DNA from: Candidatus Eiseniibacteriota bacterium
Lineage (GTDB): Bacteria > Eisenbacteria > RBG-16-71-46 > SZUA-252
Assembly: GCA_031370645.1 (NCBI GenBank)
Contig: JANMQV010000061.1
Location: forward strand, 1-48,687
DNA length: 48,687 nt
Direction of reading: 5' to 3'
Notes under the pieces: generated by a model
Told to the model about the DNA's origin: nothing
Databases searched by the model: none
Seen by the model: the letters and a program-made list of their open reading frames with translations, nothing else
Part shown: positions 28,904 to 37,679 of the stretch, piece after piece
Position numbering within the stretch: the stretch's first letter is position 1
Layout of the letters: every line of letters starts with the position of its first letter
Translations under genes and position numbers: made by a program

Positions 28904-29800
28904 ATGAGGCCAATTACGAACCCTTCCGGATCGATTGTCGGCCGAGTCTGGCGTGAGTTTAGCGACGACCACGGTACCCTTCTGGCCGCGGCCATCGCCT
29001 ATTACGTCCTCTTCTCGTTCATTCCACTGATGACGCTCGCGCTTGCCATCTTCGGATTCATCGTGCGCGACCCCCAATCCCAACAGATCGCCCTGGATCG
29101 GATCCTTCAAACCATCCCCTTGAGCCAAAACGTCATCTTCGACTCACTTCGAACGGTCTCGGCCCAGAGCGGGACTCTGGCGCTGATCGGGCTCGTCGGA
29201 CTTCTGTGGTCGAGCAGCGGGATGTTCGGTGCGGTCCGTGCCGCCCTGAACATCGCCTGGGGCGTCGAGCCGCAACGCGGGTTCATCAGGCAGAAGCTGC
29301 TCGACCTTGCTGCAGCGCTCGGACTCGGGCTCCTCATGGTCGCTTCGATGGCGGGCACCATTCTGATCCACATTCTCCAGACGCAAGGCCCCCAATCGAT
29401 GGGCGCTCCCTCGGGGCCGCTTTCGACCGTATGGATGGTCGCGGGGCTGGCGCTCCCCGCGGTGATTTCATTCGTGATGTTTCTGCTGGTCTACCGCAAA
29501 GTGCCCAACGTGCAACATCGGATGAGCGATGTCTGGCCGGGAGCCCTCTTGGCCACGGTTCTATTCGAACTCAGCAAGCATGGGTTTGCCTTCTATGTAG
29601 CGCACTTCAATAGCTATCAGGCTGTCTACGGGGTGCTCGGAGGTGTGATGCTGTTCATGCTCTGGGCCTATTTAGCCGCGATCATCCTCTTGCTCGGTGC
29701 TGAGTTCGCGTCCGAGTTCGAGAAGAGGCGTCCTAAGCTGTCTATCGACGGTCAGCCGTTGACCCCCTCGCCGCAGGCGCCGTTGGCGGCTCACCCGTGA
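28904..29800 (+). CDS. YihY/BrkB family inner-membrane protein
   Basis: LAAAIAYYVLFSFIP, LLWSSSGMFGAVRAALN, PGALLATVLFE, YGVLGGVMLFMLWAY...LLGAE. Confidence 0.93.
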   Translation: MRPITNPSGSIVGRVWREFSDDHGTLLAAAIAYYVLFSFIPLMTLALAIFGFIVRDPQSQQIALDRILQTIPLSQNVIFDSLRTVSAQSGTLALIGLVGLLWSSSGMFGAVRAALNIAWGVEPQRGFIRQKLLDLAAALGLGLLMVASMAGTILIHILQTQGPQSMGAPSGPLSTVWMVAGLALPAVISFVMFLLVYRKVPNVQHRMSDVWPGALLATVLFELSKHGFAFYVAHFNSYQAVYGVLGGVMLFMLWAYLAAIILLLGAEFASEFEKRRPKLSIDGQPLTPSPQAPLAAHP

Positions 29801-29824
29801 CGAGAGGCGCGACTGCTCACCGAT

Positions 29825-30676
29825 CTACTTGGCCGGAATCGTCCTTTGCCCGAGAAAGTCGAGGAGCTCTCGATTGACCTCATCCGCATGGGTCCAGAGG
29901 ATGCCGTGCGGTCCGCCCTCGACCACGAAGAGGCGAGCGCTCGCCAAGGCCTTGGAGAGCGGGATGGCCGTGGCGTTGATGGGGAGAATCCGGTCGGCGT
30001 CTCCGTGGATAATGAGAGAAGGGACGTCGATTCGTGGGAGCGCCTTCCGGAAGTCGGTCAACCAGGCCGAGACACAATCGAGCGTCCCTTTCGCAGAGGC
30101 GCCGACGCCGACGACCCAATTTGCCTCCATGACGGCTTCGCTGACGCGCTTCCCCTTGAGCACGTCGGCGTTATAGAAGTTCTCGAGGAAGGCCCTGAGG
30201 AAGGCGGGCCGGTCGTCGGCAATTCCCTTTTTGATCCCCTCGAAGACCGTCCCTTCCAAGCCAGATGGATTATCGGGAGTTTGCAGGAGAAACGGCGGCA
30301 GGGCGCCGATGAAGACCGCCCGTTTCACGCGCTCCGTGCCGTACTTGCCGATGTAACCGGCTACTTCGGCGCTCCCCATCGAAAAGCCGACCAGCACGAA
30401 ATCGCGGAGATCGAGTTTCATGACGAGTTCATGGAGATCTTCGGCGAATGTTTCGTAGTCGTAGCCGACGGAAGGCTTGCTGGACTGCCCAAAGCCTCTT
30501 CGGTCGTACGCGATAACACGGTAGCCTGCCTTCAGGAGCGCCGCAGTCTGTTTCTCCCACGAAGCGCTGCTCAGGGGCCAGCCATGACTCAGAATGACAG
30601 TCTGTCCCGAGCCGTGATCTTCATAGTAGAGATCAATGCTTCCCGAGTTCTCCTGACCGACGCGAACGGACGACAT
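29825..30676 (-). CDS. cpo: Non-heme haloperoxidase/perhydrolase (alpha/beta hydrolase)
   Basis: LYYEDHGSG, HGWPLS, YDRRGFGQS, GFSMG nucleophile elbow, HGDADRILP, GGPHG. Confidence 0.92.
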   Translation of the reverse strand: MSSVRVGQENSGSIDLYYEDHGSGQTVILSHGWPLSSASWEKQTAALLKAGYRVIAYDRRGFGQSSKPSVGYDYETFAEDLHELVMKLDLRDFVLVGFSMGSAEVAGYIGKYGTERVKRAVFIGALPPFLLQTPDNPSGLEGTVFEGIKKGIADDRPAFLRAFLENFYNADVLKGKRVSEAVMEANWVVGVGASAKGTLDCVSAWLTDFRKALPRIDVPSLIIHGDADRILPINATAIPLSKALASARLFVVEGGPHGILWTHADEVNRELLDFLGQRTIPAK

Positions 30677-30726
30677 GACGGCGCTCCTTGTTTTGGGTGT
30701 GCGGTACCTTGATGGGGCCGTGTCGA

Positions 30727-31755
30727 CTAGAAGTCGGGCATCGTGACGCGGACCGACTTGGTATCGTGAACCTCCACCTTGCTTCTCGGAATCATGTCGG
30801 CGTAGTGGAGGAGGGAGAAAACGAAGGAGTTGGCCGGGTTCTGATCCAGAATCAGAATGTCCGTGTCGACCATGCGGAACCGGCCAAACTGCGACGTGCC
30901 TCCCTTGAGATAGACATAGTTCGGCGCGGAGGCTTCCGGCGCGGGGATGGACGGGCCCGCGAACCGGAGGCGAATCCCGTCGTCTTCGATCGTGACGTCG
31001 GACATCTTGCCGTCGATACGTGGCGGGGGGAAGAGACCGAACGGCTTCACCATGAGCCGGTTGTCCTCGAACATCAGGCTCTTATTGGGCGGCAGAGAGA
31101 TCATGTTCTCTAGGTGGAACGGCTTCAATTTGATGAGCGCCCCCGCAGGGAAAACGCCAAGCACCTTCAGTTTGGCCACGTCCATAACGAGCGTGTTCGT
31201 CTTGGTATCCACAAGCAGGTTGGCCGATAGGCTGAATGGGATCCAGACCCCTACGTTCACGCTACCCTTCACATGCAGCATGTGTTCCGCGTCCGCTCGA
31301 TCCAACGTCACTTTGAGATTGCGGAGCTTGGAGTGGGGGTAGTTGAAGACACTCTCATTGAACATCGCTTCGGTGACATCGGGCCGGATCCGTACGACGG
31401 ACTGCTGCAGGCTCAGCCGAAAGGATTCGGGGTCATCGAAATCGACCGTGCTGCCTTGCAGCGGCACGGCCCGCATCGCCAGGTTGCCCGTATCGATGTA
31501 GACACGATCGGACCACTTGAACCGCACGTTCTGCATTCTGATGAGCATGCCGGACGTCCCGACAACCTGCGCGGTGTCTCCCCGCAAGAATGTCGTAAGC
31601 AGTTTGTCCGTTTGTGTCTCGGTTGCGCGAAGGGCGGCCTGCTGCTCGACGAGCAAAAAACTCTCGACCGCGATGACGAGAAGAAGAAGACCGGTCAGCC
31701 AGGGCATCACATGGCTCCGGTGCCTACGAAACCATTCCGAAGGCGGGGCTGTCAC
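30727..31755 (-). CDS. Membrane-anchored beta-rich hypothetical protein (possibly DUF2993/LmeA- or AsmA-like)
   Basis: Single N-terminal TM (WLTGLLLLVIAVESFLLV); long amphipathic beta strands; MQNVRF and DFDDPESF motifs. Confidence 0.72.
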   Translation of the reverse strand: MTAPPSEWFRRHRSHVMPWLTGLLLLVIAVESFLLVEQQAALRATETQTDKLLTTFLRGDTAQVVGTSGMLIRMQNVRFKWSDRVYIDTGNLAMRAVPLQGSTVDFDDPESFRLSLQQSVVRIRPDVTEAMFNESVFNYPHSKLRNLKVTLDRADAEHMLHVKGSVNVGVWIPFSLSANLLVDTKTNTLVMDVAKLKVLGVFPAGALIKLKPFHLENMISLPPNKSLMFEDNRLMVKPFGLFPPPRIDGKMSDVTIEDDGIRLRFAGPSIPAPEASAPNYVYLKGGTSQFGRFRMVDTDILILDQNPANSFVFSLLHYADMIPRSKVEVHDTKSVRVTMPDF

Positions 31756-31870
31756 GTACCGACCCTCATCTCAGAGGGGACGATCGCGGTGAACGAGACG
31801 CACCGAGCGATGACACGGACAATCGGCGGATGCATGGTGGTTCCTTTCCGTGCCAATCACGCAGAAGCCA

Positions 31871-31900
31871 AGGCCCCGGCAGCTCTCGCCACCGGGGCCT
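31871..31900 (-). terminator. Intrinsic terminator-like hairpin after the long DUF3494 gene
   Basis: Minus strand AGGCCCCGGTGGC-GAGA-GCTGCCGGGGCCT, a 13-bp stem with GNRA loop, then TGGCTT. Confidence 0.6.
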
Positions 31901-31936
31901 CGCACTTCAACGCGAACCTCTCACTCCTGTCGCGCC

Positions 31937-33211
31937 CTACTCATCATCCTCATGATCACCATGGTGCTTGTCGTCACCATCGTGGCCTTTGTTGTCGCCA
32001 TGGTGGCCCTCGTCGTCGCCGTCTCCTTCACCGCAATCTTTTTCGTGGATCTGAATGTTTCCGCCACGAAGGGCGCCCTCTTCCGTCGGGCCTCCCGAGA
32101 TGGAAATGGAGAACCGGTCGTTTCGGCCAGGCTCGCCCTCATCCGTCACCGTGACGGTGAAACTGCCGGGCAGACGGTTGATGGTGCCGGAACCGGCGAA
32201 CGTGGCGGTCTTGCCGACGATGAGGAGCGAGGTGAACGCGCGCATGTGCACCCTGGTGCCGCTGGCGTGGTTCACGTATTGCAGCTGGCCCTTCACCCGG
32301 CCATCCTTATTTTGCTGCACAACGAAGCCAAAGGTTGCGAGGCCCCCGGCAGCACGGATGGAGCCGCCGCCGGTCACTTTGGTCTTGCACCCAGTTCCTG
32401 TCGTTTGCCCGCCGCAATCACCGGCGGAGACCGTGTTGGTATCCATGGTCACGGCACCCGTCCGAGCCAATGCTCTTCCTGAAAGGCTCACGCCGGTTGT
32501 TAGAGTGATGCTCGCATAAGCAAGAATACTTCCCACGAACACCGTGCCGGTCCCGAGGGTCGCGGAGCTGCCGACCTGCCAGAAGACATTGCACGCGCTA
32601 CCGCCATTGATCATGGCCACGGACGCGTTGGTCCCGGTGGTGAGCGTGCTGGCGATCTGGAACACGAAGACGGCATTGGGGTCGCCCCGGGCGTCGAGAA
32701 CCAGTGCTCCCGTCAACTGGGCCGACGACGAAAAACAATAGACGCCGGGCGCCAGCGTCTTCCCACCCAGATCTTGGCCGGTCAATTCGGTATCGCAGGC
32801 CAGACCGGCCAGGGCGTTGTATGCCGTGGTCAGATCGCTTTGTGCTTGAGCCGCAACCGCATCCCCGGCGTGTATCGTTCCATTCACGACCCCCGGACCA
32901 AAGCCCGTGATCGCGGTCCCCGGGCTGACACCAAGATCGCCGGTGAGGACGGAGAGGCCGGTACTGGTCACCGTGGAGCCGCCCAGGACAGCGAAGCTAG
33001 ACGTCGAACCCAGGGACGGAAGTGCAAGGCTTACTCCTCCGCCGGCCAAGTTCCGGGCCATAGACAGGCTGGCTAGAGAAAGTTTGTTCAATGGGCTGGT
33101 AGGCATCTGCTGATCTTTGGCGCACCCCCCCCAGAACAGGGCCAGACACGAGAGCAGGACCGCCGCCGGGTATCCCCGTACCCGGGCCGGATTCCATAAG
33201 CGCTGATACAT
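31937..33211 (-). CDS. DUF3494 ice-binding-like lipoprotein with a C-terminal post-COAP-1-like beta domain and a His/Asp-rich tail
   Basis: RBS AAGGAGG; lipobox WGG-C; DUF3494 motifs (FAVLGGSTVT, GDLGVSPG, DLGGKTLAPGVYCF, WQVGSSATLG, GRALARTGAVTMD); KVTGGG...DEGEPGRNDRF...GGNIQIH domain. Confidence 0.9.
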   Translation of the reverse strand: MYQRLWNPARVRGYPAAVLLSCLALFWGGCAKDQQMPTSPLNKLSLASLSMARNLAGGGVSLALPSLGSTSSFAVLGGSTVTSTGLSVLTGDLGVSPGTAITGFGPGVVNGTIHAGDAVAAQAQSDLTTAYNALAGLACDTELTGQDLGGKTLAPGVYCFSSSAQLTGALVLDARGDPNAVFVFQIASTLTTGTNASVAMINGGSACNVFWQVGSSATLGTGTVFVGSILAYASITLTTGVSLSGRALARTGAVTMDTNTVSAGDCGGQTTGTGCKTKVTGGGSIRAAGGLATFGFVVQQNKDGRVKGQLQYVNHASGTRVHMRAFTSLLIVGKTATFAGSGTINRLPGSFTVTVTDEGEPGRNDRFSISISGGPTEEGALRGGNIQIHEKDCGEGDGDDEGHHGDNKGHDGDDKHHGDHEDDE

Positions 33212-33300
33212 CGTTGCCTCCTTGTGCGTTTCGAGTAGTCGCTGGGCGTTGCCATCCTCGTAGCAGACGCTATTGCCCTGGTTGTTTCGGCTACTTCTGG

Positions 33301-33315
33301 GCATGAATGGTGCCA
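33301..33315 (-). promoter_or_regulatory. Sigma-54 promoter candidate for the long DUF3494 gene
   Basis: Minus strand TGGCAC-cattc-ATGC, 90 bp upstream of ATG 33211. Confidence 0.62.
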
Positions 33316-33421
33316 CCGCGCCGGGGCCTGGGTGCATGCTCGTAGCATCGCTGTGGGCAAGTCGTTGTCCATATCCAGCCTCGACGTGGCTGGCTCTCCA
33401 GACGGGACTCACCGGCGTCGA

Positions 33422-33459
33422 TGGCTAACTTTTCTACAAACACAGACCGGATCTACAAC
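33422..33459 (-). promoter_or_regulatory. Candidate upstream activator sequence
   Basis: Minus strand GTTGTAGATCCGGTCTGTGTTTGTAGAAAAGTTAGCCA; TGTA sites 142 and 123 bp upstream of the sigma-54 box. Confidence 0.58.
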
Positions 33460-33758
33460 GCCGACGCGGTCTTCCGATGGCAATTCATGGGTTCCGTCTC
33501 TACCGGAAATGGCAGAGTCGTCGTTTCGCGTGTTGATAGAATTATTGGAAAAGGAACAATCGGCGCTGGTGCAAGACCTCTGAACGCGAAACCTGATGCC
33601 TTTCGTAGTACGCTGTCTCAAGTCAGCGACGACATGCAGGTTTTCTCGCAGAAATCTGCGCCTAGAAGCCCCGATTCGCGACACTCCTGAGGATCGAGCG
33701 ATGCACTGGTCGCGTATGCCTCGAGCCGGGGCGAACAGCAGGAATCAAGGAGAGACCT

Positions 33759-34502
33759 ATGGATAGGTTCCATCGTACTTTCGCCGGCCGCACCGCCATT
33801 CTCCTCTTCGCCGTCTTGTTCTCCCTAGCCTCCGGAAGTAGCAGATCCAGTGCGGCGGGTTCTCCTAGGACAAGCCATTCGGTGGGACGCAATCCGACGG
33901 CCCCGTCCCTCGGCTTGCTTAGGACATACGCGGTGCTGGGCGCCTCGGCTGTGACCAATACCGGCGGGACCGCCATTAAGGGAGATCTCGGAGTCAGCAG
34001 CCCGGGCATCTCCCCGACCGGCTTTCCTCCCGGGACGGTCACAGGGAAGATACATTCGGGTGACGCCTCTTCAGCGCAGGTGCAGGGCAGGCTCACGTCT
34101 GCATATAATTTTCTTGCGGCCAAGACGTGCAACACTTCCTTGACCGGCCAAGACCTCGGAGGTCGCACGCTCACGCGAGGCGTCTATTGCTTCACTTCGT
34201 CGGCTCAGTTGACGGGAAGGCTTACGCTCACCGGAAACGCGAGTTCGGTATTCATCTTCAAAATCACGAGTGCGCTCAATACCGCGAGCAATTCGTCCGT
34301 CGTCATGAGCGGCGGCAGCCTGGCCCGCAACGTGTACTGGCAAGTGGGAAGTTCGGCGACCCTGGGGTCAGGCACGGCCTTTAAGGGAAACATCGTCGCG
34401 CTCACCAGCATCAGTTTGGGCACCGGCGCGAGCCTGTCCGGCAGAGCCCTGGCGCGAAACGGTGCAGTGACCCTGGAAGGCAACGCGATATCGATGCCGT
34501 AG
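33759..34502 (+). CDS. Secreted DUF3494 ice-binding-like protein
   Basis: RBS AAGGAG; Sec-type signal; YAVLGASAVTNTG, GDLGVS, DLGGRTLTRGVYCF, WQVGSSATLG, GRALARNGAVTL. Confidence 0.92.
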   Translation: MDRFHRTFAGRTAILLFAVLFSLASGSSRSSAAGSPRTSHSVGRNPTAPSLGLLRTYAVLGASAVTNTGGTAIKGDLGVSSPGISPTGFPPGTVTGKIHSGDASSAQVQGRLTSAYNFLAAKTCNTSLTGQDLGGRTLTRGVYCFTSSAQLTGRLTLTGNASSVFIFKITSALNTASNSSVVMSGGSLARNVYWQVGSSATLGSGTAFKGNIVALTSISLGTGASLSGRALARNGAVTLEGNAISMP

Positions 34503-34555
34503 CTCGAGAGGGAGCGCGTGAGTCTCTTCCCTGCTCGATGCGGAGGGTCGTGTTC

Positions 34556-35755
34556 CTACCTCTTGAACCGCGCCGCCTCGTCCGAGCCGCCGGTTGCGTT
34601 CCCCGCGCTGTAGGAGTGCGCCCCCGCACCCGCCAACTTGCCGCCTGAAACAATCAGATACTCGTCCCGAATGGGTCGGCCCTCGAACCAGCATTCCAGA
34701 ATCTCGCGTACGCCGGCAGCATAGCGCGCCTGGGCGGAAAGGCTCGTTCCCGACACGTGGGGCGTCATGCCGTGGTGCGGCATGGTCCTCCAGGGGTGAT
34801 CCTTGGGCGCCGGCTGAGGGAACCAGACATCCCCCGCGTAGCCTGCAAGCTGCCCGCTATTCAGGGCCCGCGCGATCGCTTCCCGGTCGCAGATCTTCCC
34901 CCGCGCGGTGTTAATCAGGTAGGCGCCGCGCTTCATCTTCGCGATGAGGGCGTCGTTGAACAGGTTTTCGGTCTGCGGGTGAAGGGGCGTGTTGATGGTG
35001 ACCACGTCGCAGACGCGAACGAGCGACTCGGGATCGGGATGGAACGTGACGCCCAGTTCCCGCTCTACCTCGGCGGGGAGACGATGGCGATCCGTGTAGT
35101 GCATCTTCACATCGAACGCCTTGAGGCGCCGAAGCGCCGCCGTTCCGATACGGCCCGCACCGATCGTGCCCACCGCCATGCCCTCGAGGTCATAGGAGCG
35201 CGAAACGCAATCCGCGATGTTCCATCCGCCCTTCACGACCCATTGGTACGAGGGAATGTAGTTCCGAACCAGAGCCAGGATCATCATGACGATATGCTCC
35301 GATACGCTGATGCTGTTGCAGTAGGTGACCTCGGCGACGGTCATTCCTCGATCGATGGCGGCCTGGAGATCGACGTGATCAGAGCCGATCCCTGCCGTGA
35401 TCGCCAGCTTGAGCTTCCCCGCCTTGGCGATGCGCTCCGCGGTCAAATACGCCGGCCAGAATGGCTGCGAAATCACGATCTCGGCGTCGGACAGCTCCCG
35501 CTCGAAAGCGGAGCCCGGGCCGTCCTTGTCGGCTGTGACGACCAGCTTGTGCCCCTGCGATTCGATAAACTTGCGGAGACCGAGCTCCCCGGTGACACTG
35601 CCGAGAAGCGCCCCCGGCCTGAAATCGATTCCCTTCGGGCTCGGAACCGACTGACCGTCCGGGTAACGCTCTATTCGCGGAATCTCACTCAGAGGATACG
35701 AAGTCGGATATCCCTCCTTCGGATCGTCGTACAGCACACAAAGTACTTTGGCCAT
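34556..35755 (-). CDS. fdh: NAD-dependent formate dehydrogenase (metal-independent)
   Basis: MAKVLCVLYDDP, VISQPFWPAYLT, TAGIGSDHVDL, VTYCNSISVSEH, GAGRIG, YTDRH, GDVWFPQPAP, GMTPH. Confidence 0.97.
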   Translation of the reverse strand: MAKVLCVLYDDPKEGYPTSYPLSEIPRIERYPDGQSVPSPKGIDFRPGALLGSVTGELGLRKFIESQGHKLVVTADKDGPGSAFERELSDAEIVISQPFWPAYLTAERIAKAGKLKLAITAGIGSDHVDLQAAIDRGMTVAEVTYCNSISVSEHIVMMILALVRNYIPSYQWVVKGGWNIADCVSRSYDLEGMAVGTIGAGRIGTAALRRLKAFDVKMHYTDRHRLPAEVERELGVTFHPDPESLVRVCDVVTINTPLHPQTENLFNDALIAKMKRGAYLINTARGKICDREAIARALNSGQLAGYAGDVWFPQPAPKDHPWRTMPHHGMTPHVSGTSLSAQARYAAGVREILECWFEGRPIRDEYLIVSGGKLAGAGAHSYSAGNATGGSDEAARFKR

Positions 35756-35806
35756 AATGGGTCGCTCCTTTCTTCGACGCGCGTGATGTCGCGGTCTTCG
35801 AGAAGT

Positions 35807-37606
35807 TCAGGGCGCTCCAGCCGCCGCCGTGATGTAGGCCTCCACCTGCTGCGTCAGAACCGGCAGTGACACGGCTCCATTGCCGAGAACCGCGTCATGG
35901 AACGCCTTGATGTCGAAGCGTGGACCCAATTTCTTCTTCGCTTCGTCGCGGAGCTTCAGAATCTCAATCTGGCCGATCTTGTAGGCGAGCGCCTGCCCGG
36001 GCCACGTCAGGTACCGGTCGACCTCGTTCACGATGTTGTTCTCGGCGAGTAGGCTATTTTCGGTCATGTAGTCGATCGCCCGCTGCCGGCTCCAGCCATC
36101 GGCGTGCATGCCGGTGTCGACTACGAGACGGCACGAGCGCCAGGCGTCGAACGAGAGCATGCCGAGACGGTCTAGCGGGGTGGAGTAGAGTCCCATCTCG
36201 TCGGAGAGCCGCTCCGCGTACAACCCCCATCCCTCGACGAACGCGGTCACGCCAACGTGTTTCCGGAATTCCGGAACATCCGTGAGTTCCTGCGCAACGG
36301 CGATCTGGAGATGGTGCCCCGGGACAGATTCGTGGAAGGCGAGCGCCTCGGCCTCGTATCGCGGCCGCGTTTCGGGAAGATACGTGTTGATCATGTACGT
36401 GCCGGGGCGCCTGCCGTCCGCGGAGGGCTGCCGGTAGTAGGCGATCGTGGAATAGGGCGCCTCGTACATCCCCATCACTTTGACCTCGCAGGTTGCCTTC
36501 GGTTGAACCCGCCCGAACCAGCGCGGCACCGCCGCCTGCGCGCGCGCCAAGGTCTCCCGCGCTTTCAACTCCACTTCCGCCGAGGTCTTGAAGTGCATCT
36601 CGGGAGATTTACGGAGGATCCTCTGTATCTCGGAAATGTCCGAGGTGCCCAGGACGCTCCGGCCGAGCTCGGCGAGGTCATGCCGAAATTTGGCCACCTC
36701 GCTCAGGCCGATCTGGTGCAGTTCGTGAGGATCCAGGTCGAGGGACGTATGAACCCGGATCATGCTTCGGTAGCAGTCGATCCCGCCGGGCAACGACGCG
36801 AGGCCGGCCTTCTCGGGCGGTCGCGAGGCCGGAAGCACCTTCGTCGTCAGGAATGCGTGGTAGCGGGCGAGCGCGGGCCGAAGCGCCGTCGTAATCGCGG
36901 CGTGGAGATCCTTCGCGAGCCGTTCACGGTCTGCCGATGTCCAGCCGGGACGCGCCACCGAGGCCGGCTTCCACACGGCCAGGCTTTCCTCCGGAGTCTT
37001 CGCGAGCCGCTCGAGCTGCTCGATCGTCTTGCGGACCGCGTCCCGACTCGCGACCCGCCCCTTCCGGAGACCGGAGTCGAGATTCGCGATATGAGTGTCG
37101 AAGTAGAGCGCTGATGCCTGGATCCGCTTCACGAACTTGGCCGCATCCTTCGGCGTCTCGATGATCGTGTAATCCGACAGGCTCATCAGCATGACCTGCG
37201 GACCGCCGAGCGGGTCCACGACCCACTCCTCGAAGCCGCAGGATATCTGTGCGAGTTGGTTCTCGACCTCCGTGATCAGCGCGGTGCGCGTGAGACCATC
37301 CGCCCCCGCCAACGTCTCCGGAATCGCGCGCGCCCGTGCGAGAACACCTTGGAGCCGCTCGGTCTCCCTCGCGACGCCCGCGGGGGAGATGTCGGGGAGC
37401 CGATCGTCGTAACGCGGATCCCCTACACTCGTGGCCCAGGTAGGATTCGACTCGAGCGTGCCTTGCCAAAATTCCTCGCTCAGCACGGCGAGATCGGACG
37501 AGGGTGTCGAGGCACGAGCGGATCCCAGAAGCGAGGTGATCGCGAGTGCCACGGTCACAAGTCCGAGAACCTGCGTCGAAAAGCGATCAAGAATGCTCCC
37601 TCTCAT
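35807..37606 (-). CDS. DUF885 family secreted protein (putative metallopeptidase)
   Basis: Signal peptide; AFHESVPGHHLQ, TAFVEGWGLYAE, WRSCRLVVDTGMH, EVDRY, PGQALAYKIG, FDIKAFHD; RBS GAGGAG. Confidence 0.93.
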   Translation of the reverse strand: MRGSILDRFSTQVLGLVTVALAITSLLGSARASTPSSDLAVLSEEFWQGTLESNPTWATSVGDPRYDDRLPDISPAGVARETERLQGVLARARAIPETLAGADGLTRTALITEVENQLAQISCGFEEWVVDPLGGPQVMLMSLSDYTIIETPKDAAKFVKRIQASALYFDTHIANLDSGLRKGRVASRDAVRKTIEQLERLAKTPEESLAVWKPASVARPGWTSADRERLAKDLHAAITTALRPALARYHAFLTTKVLPASRPPEKAGLASLPGGIDCYRSMIRVHTSLDLDPHELHQIGLSEVAKFRHDLAELGRSVLGTSDISEIQRILRKSPEMHFKTSAEVELKARETLARAQAAVPRWFGRVQPKATCEVKVMGMYEAPYSTIAYYRQPSADGRRPGTYMINTYLPETRPRYEAEALAFHESVPGHHLQIAVAQELTDVPEFRKHVGVTAFVEGWGLYAERLSDEMGLYSTPLDRLGMLSFDAWRSCRLVVDTGMHADGWSRQRAIDYMTENSLLAENNIVNEVDRYLTWPGQALAYKIGQIEILKLRDEAKKKLGPRFDIKAFHDAVLGNGAVSLPVLTQQVEAYITAAAGAP

Positions 37607-37679
37607 AAGCGGTCTATCTCCTCGCGTTAGAGAGCCGCCGTGGTGGCGTCCGTTGGGTCGGCTCGTGTATCCTCTCACT

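Noticed and set aside
33690-33704. AGGATC-gagcg-ATGC upstream of DUF3494 #3
   Set aside because: GG-N10-GC only, with a poor -24 match; expected by chance in GC-rich DNA.
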